Of a DNA stretch of 34,517 nt, positions 1 through 7,786 are shown piece after piece (within the stretch, counting starts at the first letter, position 1; every line of letters starts with the position of its first letter). The notes beneath the pieces are model-generated. The model had not been told where the DNA came from. It did not search any database and worked only from the letters and a program-made list of their open reading frames with translations. Source of the stretch: a virus (lineage: Duplodnaviria > Caudoviricetes). Both the position numbers and the translations under genes were made by a program. Location of the stretch: positions 1-34,517 of IMG/VR virus record IMGVR_UViG_3300037851_000677; one strand, 5' to 3'.

Positions 1-124
1 TGCGCGGGGTCCTGCCGTTGCGCAGGTCGAGAACGAAGCGCGGGTCATGTGTCGCCAGGCGACCGAACTTGGTCGCCGGCATATCGTGTTCGCGCAGGAA
101 TTTTTCGATCCGTCTGATAAGCAT
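1..124 (-). CDS. Small Cro-like/HTH host protein, 3' end beyond window
   Basis: Hand translation from ATG 124: MLIRRIEKFLREHDMPATKFGRLATHDPRFVLDLRNGRTPR..., open to the window edge; SD-like AAGGGA upstream; resembles small conserved alphaproteobacterial HTH proteins. Not in the ORF track. Confidence 0.7.
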   Translation of the reverse strand, partial: MLIRRIEKFLREHDMPATKFGRLATHDPRFVLDLRNGRTPR

Positions 125-210
125 TGCGTCCCTTTGTGACGCGCCATTAATTCACTGTGGGCGGGGAGGTGGGATTTGGCGTGATTTGGCGGGACAAAGT
201 GGGATGGAAA

Positions 211-400
211 CCGCAGAATTCCGCCGTTTGCGAGGGTGGGCCCACAAAATTGGGCCGCGCGGTATTTTTTGGCGCGGGGACCGTTGAAACGGCCTTGCAG
301 CGCCGATGAGAACCGCAGAATTCCGCCGTCCGCCCGCTCGTAGGTCCCACTTCCGCAATCTCGCGGTCCCAGTTCTCTCAAACCCGCAGAATTCCGCCGT
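211..400 (+). repeat. Three exact 17-bp direct repeats CCGCAGAATTCCGCCGT near the prophage end
   Basis: Copies at 211-227, 313-329 and 384-400. Confidence 0.9.
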
Positions 401-456
401 TTTTGCCGCGCCATTAAATCCGAATGTGCCCATCGAACTGTCACGGAAGTGGGACC
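343..456. repeat. 13-bp inverted repeat GGTCCCACTTCCG / CGGAAGTGGGACC, candidate transposase end-binding sites
   Basis: Arms at 343-355 and 444-456; related GTGGGA/GGTCCCA partial copies near 169, 199 and 365. Confidence 0.6.
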
Positions 457-477
457 AAACTTGCACGATTTTCGGGA

Positions 478-1272
478 TCATCGAGGCCCGCTCACGATGA
501 GCTCGCGAGCGGGTGTCGGGGTGCCCCGGATGCGGTAGTTCAAACCGACCTCCTCGTAGCCAAACCGGGCGAAGATTTGGCGCATCCGGGAGCTGGCATT
601 GATGCTCAAAATGAAGCGTCCCCGGATGCCCTGCAGGAGGTCCGCCAGGCGCTCGAAATCGGCTTCGGAAAAGACACCCTTGCCATAGGTGTCCTCTGTC
701 CCGTGATAGGGCGGATCGAGATAGAAGAGCGTCCCCGGCGTGTCATAGCGAGCGATCAGATCGGCGTAGGGCAAGCGCTCGATATCGACCCCGCAGAGCC
801 GTTCGTGGACATCCTCGAGCAAGGGTACGAGCTTGGTCAGATCGAAGCGGGCGGAGGTCGCGAGATCGACACCGAAGGCGCGGCCGGTGACCTTGCCGCC
901 AAAGCTGGCACGCTGGAGATAGAGGAAACGGGCGGCGCGTTCGAGATCGGTCAGCGTGTCGGGATCGAGGGCCAGAAGCCGTTCGAACTCGGCGCGCGAA
1001 CAGACCTGCCATTTGAGGACATCGAGGAACTGCTGGTAGTGGCGCTGGAGCAGACGGAAGAGCGTGACGACATCGGCCGAGATGTCGTTGACGACTTCCT
1101 TGCGCGGGCGCCGGGTGCGGCGGAAGAAGACGCCGCCCATGCCGACGAAGGGCTCGGCATAGAGGGTGTGCGGCACAGCATCGATGCGCTCGACAAGCGT
1201 GCGTGAGAGCGCGCGCTTGCCGCCGATATAGGGAGCAACCGGGCGGACGGGCCGGACAGGTTCAAGCGTCAT
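478..1272 (-). CDS. DNA N6-adenine methyltransferase (Dam/D12 class)
   Basis: PYIGGK, EPFVGMGGV (SAM binding) and catalytic YLDPPY; ATGA overlap with the upstream MTase stop. Confidence 0.93.
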   Translation of the reverse strand: MTLEPVRPVRPVAPYIGGKRALSRTLVERIDAVPHTLYAEPFVGMGGVFFRRTRRPRKEVVNDISADVVTLFRLLQRHYQQFLDVLKWQVCSRAEFERLLALDPDTLTDLERAARFLYLQRASFGGKVTGRAFGVDLATSARFDLTKLVPLLEDVHERLCGVDIERLPYADLIARYDTPGTLFYLDPPYHGTEDTYGKGVFSEADFERLADLLQGIRGRFILSINASSRMRQIFARFGYEEVGLNYRIRGTPTPARELIVSGPR

Positions 1273-2239
1273 GCTGCGAGCCCTCCCCAGTCCCGAGCGA
1301 AGGCAGCCGAGAGAGTGCGGTACGCATATGCTGCAACCAGGCTGGAAACCCCGTTACCGACGCCGCGGGTGCGGTCCAGTCGATCGGCCATCCGAACATC
1401 AGTTCGTAGAAGCGCGGGTTGGAGATCAGGCCGTCGAAGAACGAGCCCTTGCCATGCTTGAAGCTCACCCGGACCGGGGGCGAAGAGGGGGAGCTCCGGA
1501 CATTCCAGTCCAGCCCCAGCGCCGCCACAATCAGCCAGAGATGGGTCCAGACCCGGCTCGCGTTGTCGAGCGAGAACTGGCCGCTGCTCAATGCCACGAT
1601 GTCCCACGGAGCCTTCGGCTGGACCCGGCCCAGTTCGATCATCAGATCGGGGTAGTAGCCCGCATCGCTCGCCGTCGGCGTAGGCCAGGAGGAAGAGCCG
1701 TCGCCGGCGATGGCGAGCGCCAACTTCTCGCGCCGTGAACAGGCCCGCTTTTGTGCGGTAGCCCAGCTCGCGAAGGCTGTGCGCGACCTCGGCAAATCCC
1801 AGATCGAGGTGGCCTTCGACGTTCTCGGCAAAGACAGCGGCCGGGCGGACCTCGCCTGTGATACGGGCGACATCGGGCCAGAGGTGGCGCGGGTCGCGGT
1901 GGGCACGGCGCTTGCCGGAGACGCTGAACGGCTGGCACGGATAGCCGGCAGAGAGGATATGAACGCGGTCACGCCATGGGCGGCCGTCGAAGGACTTGAG
2001 ATCGTCCCAGACAGGCGCGCGATCCAGGGCCTGGTCTTCCATCCGCGCCACGAGAGTGGCCGCAGCATGGGCTTCCCGCTCGACGAAACATACAGCCCGG
2101 TAGCGGGGTTCGGCGATGGCAAGACCAAGGTCGAGACCGCCGTATCCGGCACAGAGCGAGAGGCCGGTGACGGCACCGGTTGAGGGGCCGACTGTGGAGG
2201 CACATAGAGCCACAAGGGTATTCTCCGCAGGCAACTCAT
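1262..2239 (-). CDS. Alternative-frame polypeptide overlapping the C5-MTase; putative second (TRD/motif IX) subunit
   Basis: Frame open across the whole MTase; carries WPTPTASD and the motif IX-like NPRFYELMFGWPIDWT that the catalytic frame lacks. ATG 2239 overlaps the com stop; TTG 2215 is an alternative start. Confidence 0.6.
   Translation of the reverse strand: MSCLRRIPLWLYVPPQSAPQPVPSPASRSVPDTAVSTLVLPSPNPATGLYVSSSGKPMLRPLSWRGWKTRPWIARLSGTISSPSTAAHGVTAFISSLPAIRASRSASPASAVPTATRATSGPMSPVSQARSARPLSLPRTSKATSIWDLPRSRTAFASWATAQKRACSRREKLALAIAGDGSSSWPTPTASDAGYYPDLMIELGRVQPKAPWDIVALSSGQFSLDNASRVWTHLWLIVAALGLDWNVRSSPSSPPVRVSFKHGKGSFFDGLISNPRFYELMFGWPIDWTAPAASVTGFPAWLQHMRTALSRLPSLGTGEGSQHDA
1269..2213 (-). 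CDS. DNA cytosine-5 methyltransferase, catalytic polypeptide
   Basis: Motif I LSLCAGYGGLDLG, IV AGYPCQPFS, VI ENV, VIII HRRRRLF, X GNGV. GTG 2213 follows SD GGAG at 2223-2226; TTG 2234 is the alternative start. Confidence 0.9.
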   Translation of the reverse strand: MALCASTVGPSTGAVTGLSLCAGYGGLDLGLAIAEPRYRAVCFVEREAHAAATLVARMEDQALDRAPVWDDLKSFDGRPWRDRVHILSAGYPCQPFSVSGKRRAHRDPRHLWPDVARITGEVRPAAVFAENVEGHLDLGFAEVAHSLRELGYRTKAGLFTAREVGARHRRRRLFLLAYADGERCGLLPRSDDRTGPGPAEGSVGHRGIEQRPVLARQREPGLDPSLADCGGAGAGLECPELPLFAPGPGELQAWQGLVLRRPDLQPALLRTDVRMADRLDRTRGVGNGVSSLVAAYAYRTLSAAFARDWGGLAA

Positions 2240-2400
2240 CGGGCGCTCTGTGGAGGGCTCACCGCTTCCGTGGAAACTGGCCTCATGATGTTGAATTGCC
2301 GGCAGCGGCGGCATTTGATTTCAATGCATCCGGCCAGCGCGCCCTGTTCTGCCTTGAACAGCAGCGCGTGGCAAGATGCGCAACGAAAGGACTCCTTCAT
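2236..2400 (-). CDS. com: Mu Com-like zinc-finger regulator (54 aa)
   Basis: Hand translation MKESFRCASCHALLFKAEQGALAGCIEIKCRRCRQFNIMRP...; CxxC..LLFK...IEIKCxRC signature; directly upstream of DNA-modification genes as in Mu com-mom. Below the ORF-track cutoff. Confidence 0.85.
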   Translation of the reverse strand: MKESFRCASCHALLFKAEQGALAGCIEIKCRRCRQFNIMRPVSTEAVSPPQSAR

Positions 2401-2416
2401 CGGTAGCACCTATGTG

Positions 2417-2530
2417 AGTCCCCGCCGTGATCGGCCGGGGGGACTGGCGGCTGGGTACCCAGCCAAAGGTGCGAGTTCCAGCTCGCGGTTCGGGCCGCTG
2501 CAACGGCCCTGCCCCCCTCGTCAGAGAGGG
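2417..2530 (-). ncRNA. Candidate structured leader of five consecutive hairpins upstream of com
   Basis: Inverted repeats at 2417-2445, 2449-2464, 2471-2486, 2492-2509 and 2515-2530. Confidence 0.4.
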
Positions 2531-2572
2531 ATGTTCATTGATCGGAAGGGATCGGTGCGCTATGGCAGCCGG

Positions 2573-2665
2573 GTGACGCGCGTGACACGGTGAACCTGTG
2601 GGCCGTAGCACGGGTCCCTGACCCGGAGCGCCTTGCGAGAAATCACAGTCCTCGCCGCGCGTCAC
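2573..2665 (-). ncRNA. Candidate structured RNA directly downstream of the MuF-nuclease gene
   Basis: 10-bp closing stem 2573-2582/2656-2665; inner stems 2596-2600/2644-2648 and 2611-2616/2620-2625. Confidence 0.4.
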
Positions 2666-2684
2666 AGCATTCCCGAGCCCGCCG

Positions 2685-3920
2685 CTATGCATCGTCTGCC
2701 GCCTGGTAGACCAGCTCGCTATCGGCAGAGCGAAGCTTGGCAGCGATCCCGCGCCGGTCGCTGGGGTAGATGGTCGAGAGATAGTTCTCGCTGCCATCGG
2801 CCGTGGTCTTGACCACGACGCGGTAGATGCGCCCCTCGGCCGACCGGCCGAAGAAGACCAGATGGGTGCCGCGTTCGCGGAAGACGTAGAGCGGGCGGTC
2901 GATCAGCGAGGCGGCGAGGCGGAAATCGGCAACGCCGAGATAGTCCCGGCGGCGATCGATGACGATGTGATCGCGGGTGGCGCGGGAGAGGCGGACCATG
3001 CCCGAGCGGGCAGCGATCCAACCCCGTTTCTCGCTATCGAGCCAGGCGAAGGGAAAGGGCTGGTCCGGCAACGCGATGAACTGCTCGAAAGCCGGATCGG
3101 CCAGGAGATCGGCCACGAGCCTGCGCGCCGGTTCTTCGAGCCCGGCCTCCTCCGCCAAGCGGATCGAACTGAAGGTCTTGTCGGCGACCGCGCGCAAGTG
3201 AGCAATGCCGGGGTTGTAGCCGAAACCGGGATGGATGCCCGCAGGCACGCGGAGAGGCTGCTTGCGGCCAGCGGCGAAGAAAAGGGTGTCGGGGCCATCA
3301 TCGGGCGGGGTCGATACTTTCCAGCCCTTACGGTCCATGCGCGCCTGGCTCACCTGCTCATAGTGGCAGTTGCAACCCCAGCCATTGGGCGGGAAATGGG
3401 TGAGCCACCATGGATGATCGACAGGCAGGATGAGGCCGTGCCAGCTCCGGTGATCCTTGCGCGGCTCCTTGCGGTAGTGGTCCGACAGGTAGCGAAGATA
3501 GGGGAAGCGATCCTTCTCCGTCTGGATTTTGAGCCAGCGCGCCGCCGCTTGCGACATGCGGACATTGGTCCTGAAAATGGTCTGCAAACGGCGTTCATTG
3601 ACGAGGACAGGCCGGTCGCTACCGGTCAGCGCGGGATCGGTCACCATGCCCCACCAACCGGCCTTCTGCAGCTGAGGAACGAGCTCGGCCTTCCAGCTCT
3701 CGAACGTGCGGCCATTGCGCAGGGCATCGTCGAGCGAGGTGCGGATCTGTCGCAGGAGATCGAGCTGAGCGACCTTGGCGACCGTGAAGGCGGCCGCATG
3801 GTCCTCGTTCATCATCTCGTGCCAGCGAACGGTGGTGCGCAGCTCGCCGCGCAGATCCCAGACACGCAGGGTGTCGTCGGGCGGCAGGAACATGGTGAGG
3901 CGGATGTCGGGGCGGGTCAC
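2685..3920 (-). CDS. MuF (gp30-like) head morphogenesis protein with C-terminal BECR-fold (PBECR-like) putative nuclease extension
   Basis: AFTVAKV, RRLQTIFRTN, HRSWHGLILPVDHPWW..HFPPNGWGCNC and GFGYNPG are MuF motifs. The last ~125 aa (..RIYRVVVKTTADGSENYLST..) resemble phage BECR nucleases; this part is less certain. Confidence 0.88.
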   Translation of the reverse strand: MTRPDIRLTMFLPPDDTLRVWDLRGELRTTVRWHEMMNEDHAAAFTVAKVAQLDLLRQIRTSLDDALRNGRTFESWKAELVPQLQKAGWWGMVTDPALTGSDRPVLVNERRLQTIFRTNVRMSQAAARWLKIQTEKDRFPYLRYLSDHYRKEPRKDHRSWHGLILPVDHPWWLTHFPPNGWGCNCHYEQVSQARMDRKGWKVSTPPDDGPDTLFFAAGRKQPLRVPAGIHPGFGYNPGIAHLRAVADKTFSSIRLAEEAGLEEPARRLVADLLADPAFEQFIALPDQPFPFAWLDSEKRGWIAARSGMVRLSRATRDHIVIDRRRDYLGVADFRLAASLIDRPLYVFRERGTHLVFFGRSAEGRIYRVVVKTTADGSENYLSTIYPSDRRGIAAKLRSADSELVYQAADDA

Positions 3921-4228
3921 AGGAGGCCATCCTTGCGCAATTGTTCGGCTATGACCGGCGACATATCCGGCCCCTGGGACGGACGGTTGAGAACAGCTAT
4001 GATGCGATCAATGATCCTGCCGCGGAGCCATTCGATCCGCCGACGATCGGCGGGGTTGCGCGTTCTTGGCAACTTGCGGCCAAGGCGAGCGCGCCGATCG
4101 CGCCACGCCTTGGGTCCCTTGCGATAGCAGCGGCCGCAGATCCACTCGACCCCGGCAGGGAAATGACGAGAGCGCCGCCTGCAAGCGACGACACAGCATT
4201 CGGACCAGGGGTGCTCGGCACTGGTCAT
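3917..4228 (-). CDS. Hypothetical Cys-rich basic protein (possible Zn finger)
   Basis: CCxxxC...WICGRC; 4-nt overlaps with both portal and MuF. Confidence 0.75.
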   Translation of the reverse strand: MTSAEHPWSECCVVACRRRSRHFPAGVEWICGRCYRKGPKAWRDRRARLGRKLPRTRNPADRRRIEWLRGRIIDRIIAVLNRPSQGPDMSPVIAEQLRKDGLL

Positions 4229-6243
4229 TCGCCGCTCGCGGCATCGAGCCGGAAGGCGAAGCTGGCGCGCTGGAGCGCCTCGTAGAGCGGGCCTTCGTCG
4301 CCGATCGCCGTGTCGCGCAAGATGGCCGAGATCTCGTCCTCACTGGCGGCCGCGGCAATGCGCTCAATAAGCGTGCCGGTCATTGCGCCAGCGATGCGGT
4401 AGCCATCGGCGGCGATCAGGCTGTCAACCAGGTCATCGGTCCGATCGGGACCAGGCGCGGCGTCGCCCTCGGCAAAGGCGACCTCGCGCGCGGAGGTCTG
4501 CCAGTCGTCGACGATCGGCTCGAAAATCTCCGGCCCGAACAGCAGCGGGCCGAGGTAGGGTTTGACCTGCGCGAGATCGACAGCGTCGCGGTCGTAGGTG
4601 AAGGTGACGTGCGGCAGGTAGGAAGGGAAATCCCAGCTTGCGCCAAGGCGGCGCATTTCGCGGTGGCGGCCATCGAGCCGGTCATCGGAGAAATGAAGCA
4701 CGACGGCTCCTTCCTCCCCGAGCTGTTCGACCATGCGGGGGCCGCCTTCGACCCGGAGCCGGTTGCGTTCGTCGCCCCAGGCGGTGCCGAGGCCGAACCA
4801 GTTCACCGGCCGCCTGGAATAGGCGACAGTAACATGCATCTGGTCGGGCGGGATGGTGCTCGTGAAACCCTGTTCGCGTGCCCAGGCCATCAGGGCCTCG
4901 GCATTGAGCAGGCGGCGATAGACGTAGAGCGGGCGAGGATCGTCCGCAGCGAAACTGGCCTGCTTCTCGTCGGCTTCCTCTTCCTCCACCGGCTCTGTGC
5001 CGACAGGGGACTTCGTCGGCAATTCGACCTTTGCAGTCTTGCGCTCGTAGCCGTCGCCATAGGTGTCGCGGAAGCTCTCCTCGGTACGGACCCAGCCAAT
5101 TTCGGCGAGCACCTTGTCGGTCTCTGCCTGATGCTTGGTGTCGAGCTCTTCCTCGACATCGCGCATGACGCGGGGCGGCTCGACATCGGCACCGAAATTG
5201 AGCTCGGAAAACCAGCGCGCCGGCCCTTCATTGAAGCTGTCTGACAGCAGGTCAGCATCCGACTTGACCACTTCGAGCTTGACCCCGGCATGGACCTTGG
5301 CCTGGCTGAGCGAGGCGCCGTCATCGGTGGTCATGGTCTGCGAGAGGACGACCTTGGCGATCGCGGCGTCCATGTATTTGCAGAGTGTCTCGAAATTGGT
5401 GATGCTGCCGCTCTGGGAGACGTGCATCAGTTCGATCGCCATGCCGTCCGGGATGGCGATACCGCTGTCGGTCGCAAAAGCCTGGAGCGCGGCAAGCAGC
5501 CGGTCGACCTGATCGGAAGGCGTGCCCGGACGATACTTGCCGACGGCGGTCGGGGTCGAATAGCGATCGGTGAAGTTGTTCCAGAAGCGCACGCCGTTGC
5601 GCTTGAAGAGGGTCGGCCAATAGAGCCATTCGGCGAGGCCACGGCCATAAGGTTCATCGTCGTCCGACGCGCCGGCCGAGGCGACCCAGAACTTGCGGTC
5701 GGGCAGCTCCTCGCCGCGAATCATGTTGCCAGGCACGAGAAGACGCAGCTCGCCGTCGTCATTGTAGCGGAAGCGGCGAGCGTGGCGCACGTGAATGCGC
5801 CCGAACTCCAGCAGGCCAGCGCGCGGCTGCCACATCAGTTCGGCAACCGAATAGCCATAGAAGGCGGCGTAGAGCATCTTGTCGGTGACCCGGTCCCATC
5901 CGATCCGGACAAGGTTGGCGCGCAGGGCATCAGCGGCGGCGACCGAGCGGGGATCATCCTCATCGCCCGGTACCACGTTCCAGTCACGCGAGACCACAGC
6001 TCCGCGGCGCTGCTGGAGGGTCGAGACCACCTGATCGTCTTCGAGGATCTTGTCATAGACCCCCCAATCGACCGATCGGAGCAGGCGCGGATCGCGCGGC
6101 TGCTGGAGGCCGTAGACATAGGGGCGCGTCACGTCGCGGCCATCGGCGGTTGTCGCGACGGGCGCGCTCAAGGTGGAGGCCAGCGCACGGCCTGGCTTGG
6201 CGACGCCCCTGATATCGTTCTTCCAGCTCTTGGGTGCGGGCAT
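4225..6243 (-). CDS. Portal protein (Mu gp29/DUF935 type) with inserted 2H phosphodiesterase (Acb1-like) domain
   Basis: FYGYSVAELMW, PYGRGL, KVVLSQTMTT and SQAKVH portal motifs after TerL; ATG 6243 follows the TerL stop; two HVT motifs at 4828-4836 and 4603-4611. Confidence 0.92.
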   Translation of the reverse strand: MPAPKSWKNDIRGVAKPGRALASTLSAPVATTADGRDVTRPYVYGLQQPRDPRLLRSVDWGVYDKILEDDQVVSTLQQRRGAVVSRDWNVVPGDEDDPRSVAAADALRANLVRIGWDRVTDKMLYAAFYGYSVAELMWQPRAGLLEFGRIHVRHARRFRYNDDGELRLLVPGNMIRGEELPDRKFWVASAGASDDDEPYGRGLAEWLYWPTLFKRNGVRFWNNFTDRYSTPTAVGKYRPGTPSDQVDRLLAALQAFATDSGIAIPDGMAIELMHVSQSGSITNFETLCKYMDAAIAKVVLSQTMTTDDGASLSQAKVHAGVKLEVVKSDADLLSDSFNEGPARWFSELNFGADVEPPRVMRDVEEELDTKHQAETDKVLAEIGWVRTEESFRDTYGDGYERKTAKVELPTKSPVGTEPVEEEEADEKQASFAADDPRPLYVYRRLLNAEALMAWAREQGFTSTIPPDQMHVTVAYSRRPVNWFGLGTAWGDERNRLRVEGGPRMVEQLGEEGAVVLHFSDDRLDGRHREMRRLGASWDFPSYLPHVTFTYDRDAVDLAQVKPYLGPLLFGPEIFEPIVDDWQTSAREVAFAEGDAAPGPDRTDDLVDSLIAADGYRIAGAMTGTLIERIAAAASEDEISAILRDTAIGDEGPLYEALQRASFAFRLDAASGE

Positions 6244-6244
6244 G

Positions 6245-7786
6245 TCAGTATCCCATCGTGTTGGAGCGGGCACCGACAGTGCCGAAGCCGCGTTCGGTGC
6301 GCGCGCGGGCTGCGTCGCTGCCAACCACGGCGCGGCTGCCAGCGGTGCGGAATTCGATCGGCGCGACATCCTCGTCGGCTGCAGCGCGCAGGTGCATCAG
6401 GGCGATGGCGTTGTCGCCATGGCGCTTGCCCTTCGCGCCATCGGCCTTGGAGATGATCGAGCGATCGGGGATTTTGGGCACACCGCGCACGAGCTTGATC
6501 ATGCGCAGATCCTCAAGCGTGCCTTCGTCGAACGGAATGAGCATGGTGCGATCCTCGATCGAGGCGCGCAGCTTGGGCATGTACGCGAGATAGGTCTTGT
6601 CGGAGGTCTGGACTGCCTCGACCCGGTCGAAGCCCCATTTCTGCTGCATCGCTTCCGCAAGGGCCGAGCCATTACCGCGCGCATCCATCTTGCCGGTGGC
6701 AAAGAGGGGAACGCGGGCGATGATCCAGTTGAGAATGAACTCCTGCTCCTTGAAGGGCACATTGCGCATCTCGAGGATGAAGCGGGCAACAAGGCGCATC
6801 AGATCGTCCCGCTGGCCAAAGGCGATGGGCGAAACGTCACCGTTGCGGGCGAAGTCCTGGCCGAAGTAGCTGGCGCGGCGGCGGTCGAAATCGACCAGCC
6901 ATGGCGCAACCTCCAGTTCGAGGAACTCGCGGACGAAGTCCTGGCGGAATTCGTCGCTCTCGCGCTCGAAGCCATCGGGGCAGGCCAGACGGATAACAGG
7001 CAGTTCGGACGACATCGCGGCCTCGATCGTAGCGCGCGGGATATAGACCCCGCTGCCGCGGGCCGGGATGACATCGAGTTCCTCTGCGGCAGCTTCGCCG
7101 TAGGTCTTGCGCAGATTGGCTTCCCATTCGGCCTCGATCTCGGGCGACCATCTAGTACCGGTAACCAGACAGATGCGGCGATAGAGGCCTTGGTCCAGAG
7201 CATCGCGCAGGGTGACCCGCTGGACGAAGCCGCGCTTCTTGCCGGCACGAATGTCCTCGATCAGGGTGTTGAAGGGGTTGTCGGCCCCGTCATGGGTCGA
7301 GATCACCACGACCCGGCCGCCCCACATCAGCAGCGCCAGCGAGGCCTTGAGCAGCTCGTCAAGCTGATCGTGGAACGCCGCTTCATCGATGATGACCTTG
7401 CCCTGCTTGCCGCGCAGCGAGCGCGGCTTGGACGATAGCGCGACGATGGCATGGCCGGACGGCATGTCGATGCGGAAGGCCTTGATGCCTTCTTCGGAGC
7501 CGTCGTCGTAGAGGAACTCGGATGGCGCCGACGCGGCCTTGTCGAAGGCCTTGGCGAAGGTGCCGCAATAATCGATGAACTCGCGGGTCATGTCGAGATT
7601 GTAGGCGATGTAGAACACGTCCATCCCGCCGTTGCCCGCTGCTGCCGTGGTCAGAACCGCGTCGGCGGCGAAGCCATAGGTGATCCCGGTACGCCGCGAC
7701 TTCTCGATCACCAGCAGTTCGTGCTGGGAGCTCAGTACGAGCGCGTCGGCCTGATAGGGCAGGAGAAGAAATTCGGGATCGGTCAT
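6245..7786 (-). CDS. terL: Terminase large subunit (Mu gp28 type)
   Basis: LLPYQ, EKSRRTGIT (Walker A), LRGKQG, IIDEAAF (Walker B), ISTH, GQDFARNGD, HGD. Confidence 0.95.
   Translation of the reverse strand: MTDPEFLLLPYQADALVLSSQHELLVIEKSRRTGITYGFAADAVLTTAAAGNGGMDVFYIAYNLDMTREFIDYCGTFAKAFDKAASAPSEFLYDDGSEEGIKAFRIDMPSGHAIVALSSKPRSLRGKQGKVIIDEAAFHDQLDELLKASLALLMWGGRVVVISTHDGADNPFNTLIEDIRAGKKRGFVQRVTLRDALDQGLYRRICLVTGTRWSPEIEAEWEANLRKTYGEAAAEELDVIPARGSGVYIPRATIEAAMSSELPVIRLACPDGFERESDEFRQDFVREFLELEVAPWLVDFDRRRASYFGQDFARNGDVSPIAFGQRDDLMRLVARFILEMRNVPFKEQEFILNWIIARVPLFATGKMDARGNGSALAEAMQQKWGFDRVEAVQTSDKTYLAYMPKLRASIEDRTMLIPFDEGTLEDLRMIKLVRGVPKIPDRSIISKADGAKGKRHGDNAIALMHLRAAADEDVAPIEFRTAGSRAVVGSDAARARTERGFGTVGARSNTMGY

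Noticed and set aside
211-400. Three 17-bp repeats as a mini CRISPR array
   Set aside because: Repeat too short, spacers unequal (85 and 54 nt), no cas genes; position fits a transposable-phage end.
478-2234. Restriction-modification system
   Set aside because: No endonuclease gene adjacent; orphan phage MTases at the mom position.
2573-2665. tRNA gene
   Set aside because: No T-loop GTTCRA in the right position and no cloverleaf; kept only as an unclassified structured element.
2321-2797. 158-aa ORF as immunity protein for the MuF nuclease
   Set aside because: Overlaps MuF and com out of frame, low-complexity Pro/Arg/Gly composition, and runs through hairpin-rich DNA.
6244-6369. N-terminal extensions in the ORF track (portal; likewise B, Gam, Ner, repressor)
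   Set aside because: They overlap upstream genes or promoters; downstream starts with SD or stop-start coupling fit better.
424-7438. Long + strand ORFs (424-1206, 2862-4127, 4066-5244, 5290-6456, 6173-7438)
   Set aside because: Antisense shadows of well-supported - strand genes in high-GC DNA; no motifs.
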